Assembly: GCA_000320545.1 (NCBI GenBank)
Contig: ADNK01002586.1
Span: 1-33,984 of the forward strand
DNA from: Bigelowiella natans CCMP2755
Taxonomy: Eukaryota > Protista > Cercozoa
DNA length: 33,984 nt
Direction of reading: 5' to 3'
The position numbers were made by a program, and so were the translations under genes. Shown here piece after piece: positions 1 through 11,109 of this stretch. Under the pieces are notes generated by a model, which worked only from the letters and a program-made list of their open reading frames with translations, ran no database searches and had not been told where the DNA came from. Each line of letters starts with the position of its first letter. Within the stretch, counting starts at the first letter, position 1.

Positions 1-94
1 TTCCAGCTTAAACGTCACGTATTAAACGTCGACGTAGGCTAAAGCCATGTCCCTAGGAGGCGACATGCGCCGGCTTAACCGCCCCATAGAGGTA

Positions 95-3000
95 CTACTT
101 AGTACGTATGTTAGCGTAGAACTTCTGGCAACATGCCAGTGTCGGTGTTCGCCCTATAGGTTTAGTCAATATATCTGCAGGTTGTTCCTTGCCAGATATA
201 TGATATAATCGTATAACGTCATCACGTATGAGTTGTCTAACGTTATGGTACGCAACTCTTATTGACTTAGACTTCTTTGTAAAGCCAGGGTTGGTGGCTA
301 TTCGGATGGCAGGCTGGCAGTCTTCAAATACAGGTATTTTCATTAATATTTTCTTGTTAGGCTCGAAGCCTAATTCTTTAACTAACTGCGTAGCATATAC
401 TATATCACGCCCTAGCTGAGACATACTCATGTATTCAGCTTCGGCTATGTGATTAGCTACCACAGTCTGTCTGTGTGAGCCGTATAATACAGGGCCACCG
501 CAGAACTGTAAGAAGTAACCTGATCTGCTTTTGCCATCCTTCTCAGTCATGTGAGTGGCATCGGCGTATCCCTCGAAGCCTCGCTCAGGTCGGTTGTAGC
601 ATATTTTATAGTGTTTAGTATTTAGTAAATACTTCATAACCCTATACGCCATTTTCAAGTGGCTTTCCCTTGGGTCCTGCGAATGTACTGCCAGTAGCGA
701 TAAGGCCGCGACTATGTCCGGTCGTGTAGCTACTGCAACGTATAAACAGGCACCAATGACTGACCTAAATAATGTTTGATCTACTTTAGGTTCACTGCTA
801 CAGTCCTTCCTTATATCCATCGGAATCGGAGTCCGGGCGCGCTTAGAAGGTAAGATTTTAAATCTTTCACACATCTTCGTGATGTATTTTTCTTGACAGA
901 CAGAGTAACAACCTCTGCTGTCTCTTTCTATCTGTAAACCTAAGCACTCTTGCACTGGGCCAAGATAGTGCATTTCGTATTCCTTCTTTAAATTTTCAAC
1001 AACGTAGCCTTTATCTTTCTCGTTTTGAAAACATAAAAGGGTATCGTCTACGTAGATGCCCACTATGACTTTTCTATCTTCTCCTCTGTCCAACACAAAT
1101 AAGCATGGGTCTGTCTCCATTTGTTTGAAACCCATCTTAGTGAGAGACCTCACGAATGTTCGGTTCCATATGTATGCTGATTGCTTTAGACCGTAGATAG
1201 ATTTATTTAACTGACAGGCTGCATTAGCCCTGTCATTCATAATCTCTTCTTCTTGTTTACTCCTACAATCTCCTTTTTCTAACCCATCAGGTATCTCAAG
1301 GTAGACATCGGCGTCAATCTGGCCGTAGAGGTAAGCTGTACGTATGTCTATGTTGTGTATCATTAGCTTGTATCTGGAGCACAACGCTAATAGTATACGT
1401 AGAGATGCCTGTGAGAGAGTCGGTGCATACGAGCGAAACCATTCAACGCCTCGGCGTTGATCGAATCCTCTTGCCACCATACGAGACTTGTAGCGAATAG
1501 ACCCGTCAGGGTTTAGTTTCTTTTTAAATACCCATTTAGTAGAAACTAACTTACCTTTCGGTCGTCTAACTATATCCCATGTATGTCTCTTAACTAACGA
1601 TCTAATTTCATCCTTTATTGATGGTAACCAATACTTCTTCTCAGGTCCAGTAACAGCCTCGCGGAAGGTTTTAGGTATGTCTAATATATCATGTACAGAC
1701 ACATCAACATCCTTTAATATAACCTCCCCGGTGCTTTGATCAAGAGCGGCGAACATACGTTCCGCCGTTTTTATCTTGTCATATTCTAATCGTGGATGTT
1801 TGTACTCTTCAGCGAATAAGCTATTGCCAGCATGGGCAACAGAGGTAATACACTGCTCTTCATCCTGCATGGCCTGAAAATCCATTAGAGCATAGACGCC
1901 GTAGTTAAGGCCTATCATCGCCGGAGGCACGTTCTTATTAGATCTCTTAGAGACTCTAGTAGGTAGTTGAGGTGCCTCCTTACGCTTATGCTTTGCTTTG
2001 TCTATCTCAGGCGCAGTTGAAGAACTCATTCCTCCCGTGGATATCGGCAGCTTTATAGGTAAAGGTAACGTAGTGTCTGCTCTCTCCTCACTATCATCCT
2101 TCTTAGTATCGATGGTAGCTGATGATGATGATGATGACATCGCATCTATCTTCTTAGCGAGAGTACTCAGCGTATCATGTAATGATTTAATAAAATCCAT
2201 TACACTAGTAATGTTTGTACTAGAAGAAGATTCTAATTCATCTCTCTTCTTACTCGCAGGAACCTCGCCTTTATCCATCTCGACATCAGAGTCCTCAGGA
2301 TCCCGATATTGAGGTAACTGTTGTCTTAGAGTAGCAGAGCGAAACACACTTTGATACCACTTATCCACATTCGCTTTTTCTATGATTTTACCGGTATCGG
2401 TACTGACTATGTACGTGCCATGTCTCGTATCATATCCGAGCATGCGTACATACTGTCCAGTATCCTCTAACCGTGACCTTTTGCGCAATTGTTTATCCAC
2501 CGATAGTACACCGATACAGCCAAACACCACTAAATTACTCAGGTCTGGCTTCTTCTTGTAATAGAGCTCGTAGGGAGTCTTCGTGTTATCGGCAGAGTGA
2601 GGTATTCGATTCATAGTGTAGATCACATAATCTAACGCGTAACACCAATACCGTAACGATATACCGCATTGCTTTATTATCGTACGTATTTTAGTCGTCA
2701 CCGTTTGTATCGCTCTCTCAGACATTCCGTTCTGTTCTGGCGTTCGCGGCGTACTAGGATTAAAGGTAATACCGTTCTTGTCTAGAAATTTCTGTAGCGA
2801 AGTAGCCGTAAATTCGGAGCCATTATCCGAACGGAATTCTACAATGTGCGACCCGTATGCGTTTTTATGCTTGCGCAATATACTGCGCGTAAGCGCCGGT
2901 ATTTGCGATTTCTTTTTAGCCTTAGCCGCGGTTATTCTACGTGTACCTTCGTGTACGTATACCACGAAGTACTTGTAACCGCGCACGCTACGCATTAAGC

Positions 3001-4912
3001 TTTTAGTGTCCGCGTGCATACGTTCGCTTTGGGCCGAGGTTGCTCCTGGCACACCTCGCCTTGCGCGTTTAGTGTTAGTCATATCACATGCTGCACAATT
3101 TATCTTTTTCAACTGATTAGGAGTTTTTAATCCAGTTGAACATTTTGCAACTTGTGATATTTTAGGTCGATTATAGTGTAGCAGCTTTCTGTGAAGCTCC
3201 ACGGTATCATCCATTTGATTATAGACCTGATCGACAGTACACTCAGGTACTTCGACACCACACGATACATCAATATCATATGACTGTATGTTGGTTGATT
3301 TTCTATTGTTGAGCATATTATGATTATCATCCAATACGGCATGATATAATCGATTTTTCATCTTGAAATGCATAATAGGCTCATTGTTTTTGAATACCAG
3401 GGTCTGGCCATTCGCGGTTTCTATACGACAACCGATTCTATCAATCTTTGATTGGGATATACAAGACAAAGAAGAATCAGGTGAGTATAACACTCCACTC
3501 AGCATTCCCCTTTTCTTTTTACCCGAGGGGAGTACGAAAGTTATTGGTACTCTCCCCTTGTGTGTTGCAGTATGGGTAACACCCTTCTTGCCAACACTCA
3601 CTTTTCTTTTATTCAAGAGAGGGAGTAGGTGAGAGAAATATTTTTTATTATTGAAAATGTGCGTAGTTGCACCATTATCAAGTATTATTAGATTTTTAGT
3701 ATCACATTCCGTGCTCTGCATGTAACAACCTCTCCCGAATAAATCATCTTCGTCCTCTGAGGAGCCGTATTCCTCATATTTTTTATTCTTTGTTTCCTGC
3801 TGCACGTACATCGCCTCCTTCTTACTCTTCTTATCCTTTTTACATTTTTCTAGGACGGCGTTGTACTGCTTCTCGGTCAGGTCGTCAATGTAATAGCATT
3901 CGCGTGCATAGTGTCCTTTCTTGCCACACGAATAACATACCACATCCTTTTTCGCCTTTTTGTGATTATTCTGCTGATCCTTTTTGTGATTATTATTGTA
4001 GGATCGCTTCCTTCCACCACGCCCTCGGCCTCGGCGTCCGCGTCCTCCTCTACCGCGAGAACCGCGCGACCCTCTGCCTCGTCCGCGCTGGTAATAATTA
4101 TTATTATTATGATGATACTGGTTTCCCTGATAATTCATCATTTCTTGCGCCGGACGCTTTCTAACGTAAATCCTCTTTACTTCTGCCTGCATGTGGTTCT
4201 TCTCCTGTCCGTCTCTATTAGTAGCCATCCTTTTAGCACTGAGTAGATCTCGTAGCTGTTCCATGGTATCTTTTAGTTTTTTATTGTTAGCCGTAGCCAG
4301 GCTATACACGATAGCCTTATATTTCTTCTTTGGTTTTAACCCATTTATGAAACAGGTTATCTGCATCTGCTCGCTAACAGGCTGGTTCGCGTTGGCCAGC
4401 CTTCCGCAGATGGTAACGAATTTAGAATAATATGCCTCTACGTCGTGATCGAAATTTTCGATGGAGGCTTGTTGTAGGCTACTATTCAACTCATGCATGG
4501 ACGCGTTATCGGTAGGCTTGAACCTCTCCGTTAGACGAGCCCAGGCGACAGCTGCAAGGCCTCCGGAGTTATCGAGTAGGTGTTGGTGGGCGGAGTGTAC
4601 AGTTAGACAAATCGCGGCGTAGGCCCTCACATTGGCCTCATCGTCGGCGCTCGTAGCAGGTACACCTCCGCGCCAGATTTTAGCTTCGGTCTCGCTAATC
4701 CGGGCCACCTCCCTGCAGTACTCCGGATTCTTAATCACGTTGATAAGTTTCGCCGGCCTGTTAGCCGTGGTCGATGGTTTCGCCATTTCGAAACAATCGA
4801 TCATGTTTTCGGCCGCGAAAACAGCTTTCATCGTGAAGGCGTAATGGTTGAAGTTGCTACCTGACCTAGTCAGGTGAATCTTGGCTTTGCTCAGAAAAGA
4901 CAACTGGGACAT
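95..4912 (-). CDS. Copia gag-pol polyprotein (~1605 aa from the first ATG; the ORF track starts at an upstream GTG at 4948)
   Basis: Gag (AWARLTERF...CFINGL), RGG tract, zinc knuckle CYSCGKKGHYAREC, protease IILDNGATTHIF, integrase (HRKLLH..CAAC; MHADT, RSDNGSEF, PEQNGMSER), RT (WVFKKK, YKSRMVARG, LNKSIYGLKQS, IYVDD), RNase H (YADA, AEAEY, QPADILTK). No internal stops or frameshifts. Confidence 0.97.
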   Translation of the reverse strand: MSQLSFLSKAKIHLTRSGSNFNHYAFTMKAVFAAENMIDCFEMAKPSTTANRPAKLINVIKNPEYCREVARISETEAKIWRGGVPATSADDEANVRAYAAICLTVHSAHQHLLDNSGGLAAVAWARLTERFKPTDNASMHELNSSLQQASIENFDHDVEAYYSKFVTICGRLANANQPVSEQMQITCFINGLKPKKKYKAIVYSLATANNKKLKDTMEQLRDLLSAKRMATNRDGQEKNHMQAEVKRIYVRKRPAQEMMNYQGNQYHHNNNNYYQRGRGRGSRGSRGRGGRGRRGRGRGGRKRSYNNNHKKDQQNNHKKAKKDVVCYSCGKKGHYARECYYIDDLTEKQYNAVLEKCKKDKKSKKEAMYVQQETKNKKYEEYGSSEDEDDLFGRGCYMQSTECDTKNLIILDNGATTHIFNNKKYFSHLLPLLNKRKVSVGKKGVTHTATHKGRVPITFVLPSGKKKRGMLSGVLYSPDSSLSCISQSKIDRIGCRIETANGQTLVFKNNEPIMHFKMKNRLYHAVLDDNHNMLNNRKSTNIQSYDIDVSCGVEVPECTVDQVYNQMDDTVELHRKLLHYNRPKISQVAKCSTGLKTPNQLKKINCAACDMTNTKRARRGVPGATSAQSERMHADTKSLMRSVRGYKYFVVYVHEGTRRITAAKAKKKSQIPALTRSILRKHKNAYGSHIVEFRSDNGSEFTATSLQKFLDKNGITFNPSTPRTPEQNGMSERAIQTVTTKIRTIIKQCGISLRYWCYALDYVIYTMNRIPHSADNTKTPYELYYKKKPDLSNLVVFGCIGVLSVDKQLRKRSRLEDTGQYVRMLGYDTRHGTYIVSTDTGKIIEKANVDKWYQSVFRSATLRQQLPQYRDPEDSDVEMDKGEVPASKKRDELESSSSTNITSVMDFIKSLHDTLSTLAKKIDAMSSSSSSATIDTKKDDSEERADTTLPLPIKLPISTGGMSSSTAPEIDKAKHKRKEAPQLPTRVSKRSNKNVPPAMIGLNYGVYALMDFQAMQDEEQCITSVAHAGNSLFAEEYKHPRLEYDKIKTAERMFAALDQSTGEVILKDVDVSVHDILDIPKTFREAVTGPEKKYWLPSIKDEIRSLVKRHTWDIVRRPKGKLVSTKWVFKKKLNPDGSIRYKSRMVARGFDQRRGVEWFRSYAPTLSQASLRILLALCSRYKLMIHNIDIRTAYLYGQIDADVYLEIPDGLEKGDCRSKQEEEIMNDRANAACQLNKSIYGLKQSAYIWNRTFVRSLTKMGFKQMETDPCLFVLDRGEDRKVIVGIYVDDTLLCFQNEKDKGYVVENLKKEYEMHYLGPVQECLGLQIERDSRGCYSVCQEKYITKMCERFKILPSKRARTPIPMDIRKDCSSEPKVDQTLFRSVIGACLYVAVATRPDIVAALSLLAVHSQDPRESHLKMAYRVMKYLLNTKHYKICYNRPERGFEGYADATHMTEKDGKSRSGYFLQFCGGPVLYGSHRQTVVANHIAEAEYMSMSQLGRDIVYATQLVKELGFEPNKKILMKIPVFEDCQPAIRIATNPGFTKKSKSIRVAYHNVRQLIRDDVIRLYHISGKEQPADILTKPIGRTPTLACCQKFYANIRTK

Positions 4913-4952
4913 GATTGCTCGTAATTCTCGTTGGTAAACTTTTCTCACTTTG

Positions 4953-4965
4953 AGGCTCTTGACCT
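4953..4965 (-). promoter_or_regulatory. Putative primer-binding site complementary to a tRNA-Lys(CUU) anticodon arm (half-tRNA priming)
   Basis: Minus strand reads CCCA-GT-AGGTCAAGAGCCT. The plus strand AGG-CTCTTGA-CCT is a 3-bp stem with a 7-nt loop and CTT at the anticodon position. No TGGTATCAGAGC-type tRNA 3'-end PBS was seen nearby. Confidence 0.5.
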
Positions 4966-5985
4966 ACTGGAGGGCTGGGTGCGGTGCGATGTGCGCGCAG
5001 TGAGCAAAAGCTAGCAAACGAGCAGGTAGCGGTGTTCAGATTGAACTGGGATGTCATCATGCGAGGGTTGACCGCCCTCTGACAAGTGTCAAGCTTGTCA
5101 TCAGTCACACGTGATTGCATTGGGTTTCTAGGCCGCGACAAGGCTAGTCCTTGTCGTGCGACATGCGTGTGCATTCCTTGTCGCGGCAGGCTGAAGCGTC
5201 ACGGCAATGCTTGTCGCACCTGTGCCGCTTCACCTGCTGCTACGTGCACAGTTAATTTGCTAATTTCCTCGGTTCATGCTCGCTTACGTGTTGACTACAT
5301 GCATGTCAAACTTGCGCGAACATGGGAGCATCAACACACAAAAGTGCGAGCATTCTGGCATTGCACATGCGGCAACACATGCATGCTGATCAGCAAATGA
5401 GATGCGATCCACAGATGGTCATGTTGTGATTGATGATGTGCAATGACGCAAGCTAGCAAGCATGTGTGCGTGCGCACTGAAGCGAACACCACTCATCATT
5501 GTGATCAACATGTGGCCTGCATCATCGTGCTAGCGTGCACATTTCTCGATCAATTCAGACATTGCCGCCAGTGCGCTGCAGGTAGTGGTCCAATGGTGGC
5601 ATGCCATGTGTGCATGGAATCGTCCACGTCAAATTGCAAGCAGCACCTGTCTAGCTGTCTGCTAGCTGTGTGCAACTGCGCTAAGCTGTGCTAGCAGATC
5701 ATGTGTGCACATGCAGTGTGTCGTAGTCCGCCATGTGTCGAGGCATCTAGCAGACATGGCGCTGATGTCCATGTGTGCTAGCACGTTGGCATGTGACAAT
5801 GCGCAAGCACAATTGCGCAAGACGCATCGCAGCTGCGTGTAGCCTAGATCATGTGCACGGCGGCAGGCATTATTTGCTGCGACGTAAACCTTACTTTGTT
5901 TGCGTTTCGTATAGGGACACATGTGTACAGGGACATATATGTCCATATATTCGTGGTAATTCATCGGTCGATCTTGATTTCTCAA

Positions 5986-8900
5986 TCAAAGTACCACAAG
6001 TTCTACTAATTTTGGAAAATACTGAGACCGAATGTGCTCGAATGTACCTAGATATTGACGAGTGTAAGGATGGTGAGGACAGCAGCGTATTTGCGGGTGA
6101 CACTCATGACTGCAGTACGTAGATGCAGATACTTACGGTTTTGCATCCCGATGCATCCATTTATCTGAGATATGATGATGTGCAAAGTAAAAACAATTAG
6201 CGCAACTCTCAGCGATGGTGGTAGTAAGCAAAAGGAGCTGCTGTCTTTGCCTACAGTGACAACGAAAGCATGCATTTTCTCTTCTGCAATGGTGGTCGTC
6301 TCTGAGATTCATCTGTTGTGTTGTTTTTCCAATGTAAGGCACATCTTCAAGTCAGCAGATTTATGTCTACTACTACATACGTGCGTTTGTAAACAATTTC
6401 TGAACGGTTCTTCAACTACTACTCACATCCAAAACGAGCATTTCCCTGCACCCCTTTGAAAGGGCTTCCATGCCTTCAACAGAGTACAACTCAGAATACT
6501 TCTGCAAGATGTTGAAGATGTGGGGTAGGTACTGTTCGCACTGTGGAAAACGAAAGAGTAGGATTTCCCCCGTTTTGTTGTGAAATACCGCTATCAGTGA
6601 CGTTCTTGTTCCCATGTAGAGATAAGGAGGTCAGCTTCCTTTTAATTATAAAAGCGTTTGTTTTGAATGATCTTCGTGCTCACAGCTGCTACGTTTCTTT
6701 AGGATTCACACTCACACACATTTTATTCGTTGTTGTTGTTGTTGTAACTGTTGGATGGACTCTGTTATCTACCTGCATGAAGCTAGGGCAACTAAAGATC
6801 GGTCCGTCACCAGAACACACCTAATTGCAGAAGTCAGAGAATCATTAGAGAAATCAAATGTAATAACAGCAGCAGCAGCATGCACGATTGCGGTAGAGTG
6901 TCTTTCGGTTTGTGTGCGGCATTCAAATGTCATTCGTCTGTCCTTTTTCTTCGTTCCCAACAAGATTTTACGAAAATAGGAGGAGGAGGAGGAGGAGGAG
7001 GAGCAACGTGTGAAAGGGGATAGGAAAGCACCATTGCAGATTAAGTCTCTCAAGCCGAGGACACCCCCTAGCCAACTTTAGAGCGAAATGGAAAGAAAAC
7101 CAAATGAAGAGCGTGGGGGTCAAAGGCGGGATGTAGATAAGAAAACAGGAAGGATGCGATACACGGTGAAGACTTCGGGCCCCCCCCCCCCCCCCCCACA
7201 CATTTAAATGAATATATATATATATATATATATATTATGTATATATTTTGTCTGCACAAAAATACCTTTTCTATGCATTCATCGTCAACATACTTTGCGG
7301 AAGGATACAAAGGGGTGAGGGGGGTTCAATTCGAAGGAACAGCAAACCATGGATGATAGTCGTCAGTAACAATCACGCACATAATAGCAGGCGGATGGTG
7401 TGATGCTAATTGACATGGCAGATGTACCTTCGAGCCACAAATGTCCAAGATCTGGAGTTGAGCGCACACCTGCTTGTTTTGCGCAAAAGAGAAGAAGACA
7501 GGAAAGAGGGAAAACGAATGCGCAACATTAACACTTCATTGACAAGACGACTAGCAAATAACAACAATATTTGTACCAACATCAATGATAACCTTTCCAA
7601 TGTGACTGAGTGCTGACGCTGAGAAGGCCTCGCATGCATACATTCTTAGAGTGTGAAGGTGGGTGCACTAAATAATCCATCCATCAGTCATTTGTTACAG
7701 AGGGAAAGAAGTGTGGAGAGGGCGAGGAACGGTGATATGCGTTGAAATAGAATGTTCCTCTGTCGCTCTCTTTCTTTCTAATACTCTCTCCCAAGTGCCA
7801 CAGTTTGGCAAGAAGACTGCGAAGTACAATAGTTACGACTATATTTTCTTGTCATCATACAACTTCCTCCCTTCATTTTTCTCCTTCTCAACCGTGGTGC
7901 CTATCGCTTTGAGGGTTTTTTCGTTGACAGCCTTGACTCGACTCAGATCAATGCTTCTTAATTCGCGGCCTGCAAAACATAGCATATCTTTCACGTTTAT
8001 TCTCGCTCGCTTCTGGAATGGAAATTAACAGACCGGCCTTTCTTACTACGTCAGCCACCTGTATATTGGAGGAGGGAGGAGAACAAATTTTTTCAGTAAG
8101 CAAATACTAACTTGTATTTTTCCAAATTTATCCCTCATGATTCTATTACATCGTTGTCTGAGAGATGCATAACCCCGCTCAAATTGAGGCTCCTACGCAA
8201 ATGCAAATTAGGATAACTTTCGGTTATTAACATATTTGGTGCAACAGTGTTGTACTTAATAGACTGAAGTCCCTGCAAATATTGGGTTGTTTTGCTTGTC
8301 AGCCATGGCATCCAGAAAAGAGACAAATGATCCAGATCTGGGAGCATCAATTTGGCACGTTGACAATGCTATCAGTATTGGAATTGATTGCATGATTGAA
8401 GGCGCCACCTTTAAAATTTGACAAGAGCGTATTTATACCATCGTCTGATACCTATTTTATGAAATATTACAACCAAAATGGCAACATCTGAAACTTCTTA
8501 CACTACAATTTGGAAACCTTTTGACAATAGTCGAGATTCACGCTTTTCAGGTTTCTAAATTGTGCGAGTAGTTCCAAGTCCTTATTCTCAAGTTCGGCAC
8601 AGAATCTGAGACTAAAATTAAGTCCTGTTGATCAAGCTCTAGCAAAACAAGAGTGTATTTCTCAAGATGTCGACCTGATATGACGCGTATTCTCTGAGCC
8701 TGGATGCTTTCCAAATCGCTCGAGCAACTTCGCAACCCCCGTCTTGCCCTCAAAGTTTAAGTTAGTGAATCCATGATGTACACGCAGCGTTTTGTACCAA
8801 CTGAGAAACGAGGAAAAGCATTTGGAGAAGAACAATATCAATTGCTTGGTAGATATACGAACATCATTCATTTTGAGCAGAAATCGCACTCACGATTTGC

Positions 8901-9258
8901 AAACTCGCTTCGAGCTTATCACATCGCAGTGATCCAAATAGCTAGCAAACGAGGCCTAAACAATACATTTGAAAATACTCGGATGAGCGAATGAAGGCGC
9001 AAGGTGGAGCCCAGATGAGCAGGCACATACCGCAGAGACAGCCATGAAGTCTGACTTCCGAGTTCCTGTCCCGAGAATCCACTTTAATGCAGGCGAATTC
9101 TGCTCGGAGATACGACAAAATGCATGACGTCGAACCATAAAAACCCGTATTACAGACGGAGTTGTGCTCCTGGAATTCTAGGAAGACGGAAGATTTTGGA
9201 TTCACGGAGCTCCAAGAAAGTACCGGGATTCGAATTTTTTCATAGGAACACAGCCCAT
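5986..9258 (-). CDS. F-box / leucine-rich-repeat (FBXL-like) protein, multi-exon
   Basis: Spliced exons give an F-box-like ASFASYLDHCDVISSKRVCKSW and cysteine-containing LRRs: FRNLKSVNLDYCQK, PDLDHLSLFWMPWLT, SLNLSGVMHLSD, RELRSIDLSRVKAVNEKTLKAI, ARGCPRLERLNLQWC, VTDRSLVALA, GMEALSKGCREMLVLD|INGCIGM. Candidate start is MGCVPMKK at 9258; stop TGA at 5986-5988. Some exon joins are unresolved. Confidence 0.85.
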
Positions 9259-9480
9259 TTGCAAGGCTTTTTAGGCCTTTTTCGAGAGTCGAGAATCCAA
9301 ACTGAGAAGATTTGCCGGCGATAAAATGCCGAAGCCGGGAATCTCAATAATAATCTAAATTTGAGGTCGATATTTACTGACGTTCACCCCGAAAGATTGT
9401 CGCAGACAAATAATCTGGCTCTGTACTGGCATAAACCTCAAACCCTATCCCTACCACCCCCTTTCTCCACGTAACCAAAG
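9259..9480. promoter_or_regulatory. Short divergent (probably bidirectional) promoter region between the F-box/LRR and NDPK genes
   Basis: About 220 bp separate two head-to-head start codons. Contains AAACCCTA (9440-9447) and ACGT cores whose function is unproven. Confidence 0.5.
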
Positions 9481-11109
9481 ATGATCAAACCTTCACACGC
9501 TGTCGCTATCTCTGTGGGCTGCCTCGCGGTGGCTGCACTCACTATGTGTATGTCCAGGTATTGACTGGTAGTGTGAGGAGCTCGATGAGACTATTTTCGA
9601 AAATTCACTTTTGCATGAATAGTACGGGTGTTGTGTTCCTTAAATTCGTTGAAATTTGCTATCAATTCTGAGGCATACATACTGCACTCGTGCATGGAAT
9701 TACCGATAGGCCTACTAATTTGGCACACGGTGTTTCCGTTCGTTCCACCATTCGCTCTCCGATGATGGTGCGCAACCTTGGAGGAGGAATTTCACCTCGG
9801 TAACAGTACCACTAAATTCGAAACATTGAAAAGTTCCCCCGCTCGTAGAAGCGAAAGAAGGTTATAATTGCATTCGAACTAATATGTAATATTACCCATT
9901 CGTATTCGCAGCGCTAGTCCTGGATGCTCTCGCACCGCCGTCCACGCCGTTGCCCCAGCTGGAATTCCTGGAACCAATGTTGAGCGCACGTTCATCGCGA
10001 TCAAGCCTGATGGCGTCCAGCGCAGGTGATAATCTTTATCGGATTCGAACAAAACCTTGGAAACATTAATATAGACTTTTTTGTGGGCTTTCTAAACCTA
10101 TTCCTATCCTCTAGGCACATTGGGGAGATTATCCGTCGATTCGAAAACAAAGGCTTCAAGCTCGTCGCAATGTAGCACAAACAAAAATTTTCTCTCTCAG
10201 CTTCATATGCGGATGCATCCTGTAAATATACGTATTTTAACTGTATTAGGAAGTTAATGAGACCAACGAAGGAGCAAGCAGAGGGTCACTACGATTCTCT
10301 GCGCTCCAAGCCATTCTTCGGGGACTTGGCTGACTGTACGACAAGCTCACAATTCAACATTAACACTACCAATCAATTTTATCTATTGAATTGCTGTTAT
10401 ATTCAAACACATTTTGAAATTCTGCTCAGACTTCTCATCTGGACCAATTTGTGCCATGGTTTGGGAAGGAAAGAATGTCATCGCTACCGGCCGTCAGATG
10501 CTTGGAGCTACCAACCCTGCTGAATCGATGCCAGGCACTATTCGGTAATGCGATGAGTCATTTCTGATCGATTTTTTGATATCATCTCGAATTTTTTCGC
10601 TTAAATCTTAAACGTAGTCACCAACCAAATCAATCTTTATCAGTGGTGATCTTTGCATTGAAGTCGGCCGCAACGTATGCCATGGATCGGGTAATAAATT
10701 TGAACATTAATGAGGTTTAGAGCGTCTGTCTACGTTTCTTGATATAATGAAGCGAATATTGTACATCCTGCAGATGGCCCAGAGTCCGCTCAGAAAGAGA
10801 TCAACTACTGGTTTACTCCTGAGGAAGTCGTTGACTGGGGATGCGTAATACAATTATTATGACTTTCATAAAATCATATTTTAAACAATGCTGGTACAGA
10901 GATTTAAAGGACGAACTCTGACTTATCACAAATCAATGAACTTTACGATTTCAAAATGAGAAATGTTCGCAATTCTGAATCAAAAAAAAGGAATAGTTGG
11001 AAGAAACATAACGTGTTCGAATTTTTGATAAAATTTTGGTGCTGAAATCAACTTCATTCAGGCTGATGCTGGATGGATCTACGAAGAACCTCCAACCCCA
11101 TCACTTTAA
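9481..11109 (+). CDS. NDK: Nucleoside diphosphate kinase with bipartite (signal + transit-like) leader, 9 exons
   Basis: Phase-consistent splicing gives [26 protein letters not shown]...[14 protein letters not shown]...[16 protein letters not shown]...[11 protein letters not shown]...[11 protein letters not shown]...[43 protein letters not shown]...[11 protein letters not shown]. The catalytic HGSD motif is intact. Confidence 0.97.

Larger units (their letters stand above)
1..5300 (-). mobile_element. Ty1/copia LTR retrotransposon, apparently intact coding region; 3' LTR outside the window; far boundary of 5' LTR unknown
   Basis: One intronless ORF with copia domain order gag-PR-IN-RT-RNaseH. 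A candidate 5' LTR end (...CCCTCCCA on the minus strand, at plus 4968) is followed by a PBS-like motif. The end coordinate is a placeholder because no second LTR copy is available for comparison. Confidence 0.9.

Noticed and set aside
1-97. Possible stop-codon readthrough or env-like ORF, PPT-like GGGGCGG and a small hairpin (46-67) after pol
   Set aside because: A second in-frame TAG follows 14 codons later, the purine run is not followed by TG, and this sequence is not repeated in the 5' LTR region. There is too little sequence to judge.
228-4844. Plus-strand ORFs overlapping the copia polyprotein
   Set aside because: Short antisense shadows of a long coding frame with no recognisable motifs.
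5086-5985. Cys/His-rich ORFs next to the retrotransposon as accessory genes
   Set aside because: The amino-acid bias follows from TG/CA-rich DNA, and there is no coherent domain or splice structure.
6133-6168. Kinase-like HRDAKP motif on the minus strand
   Set aside because: The phase-consistent frame of this exon is INGCIGMQN, completing an LRR, and no other kinase motifs are present.
9440-9447. AAACCCTA as a telomeric repeat
   Set aside because: Single copy; at most a telo-box-like promoter word.
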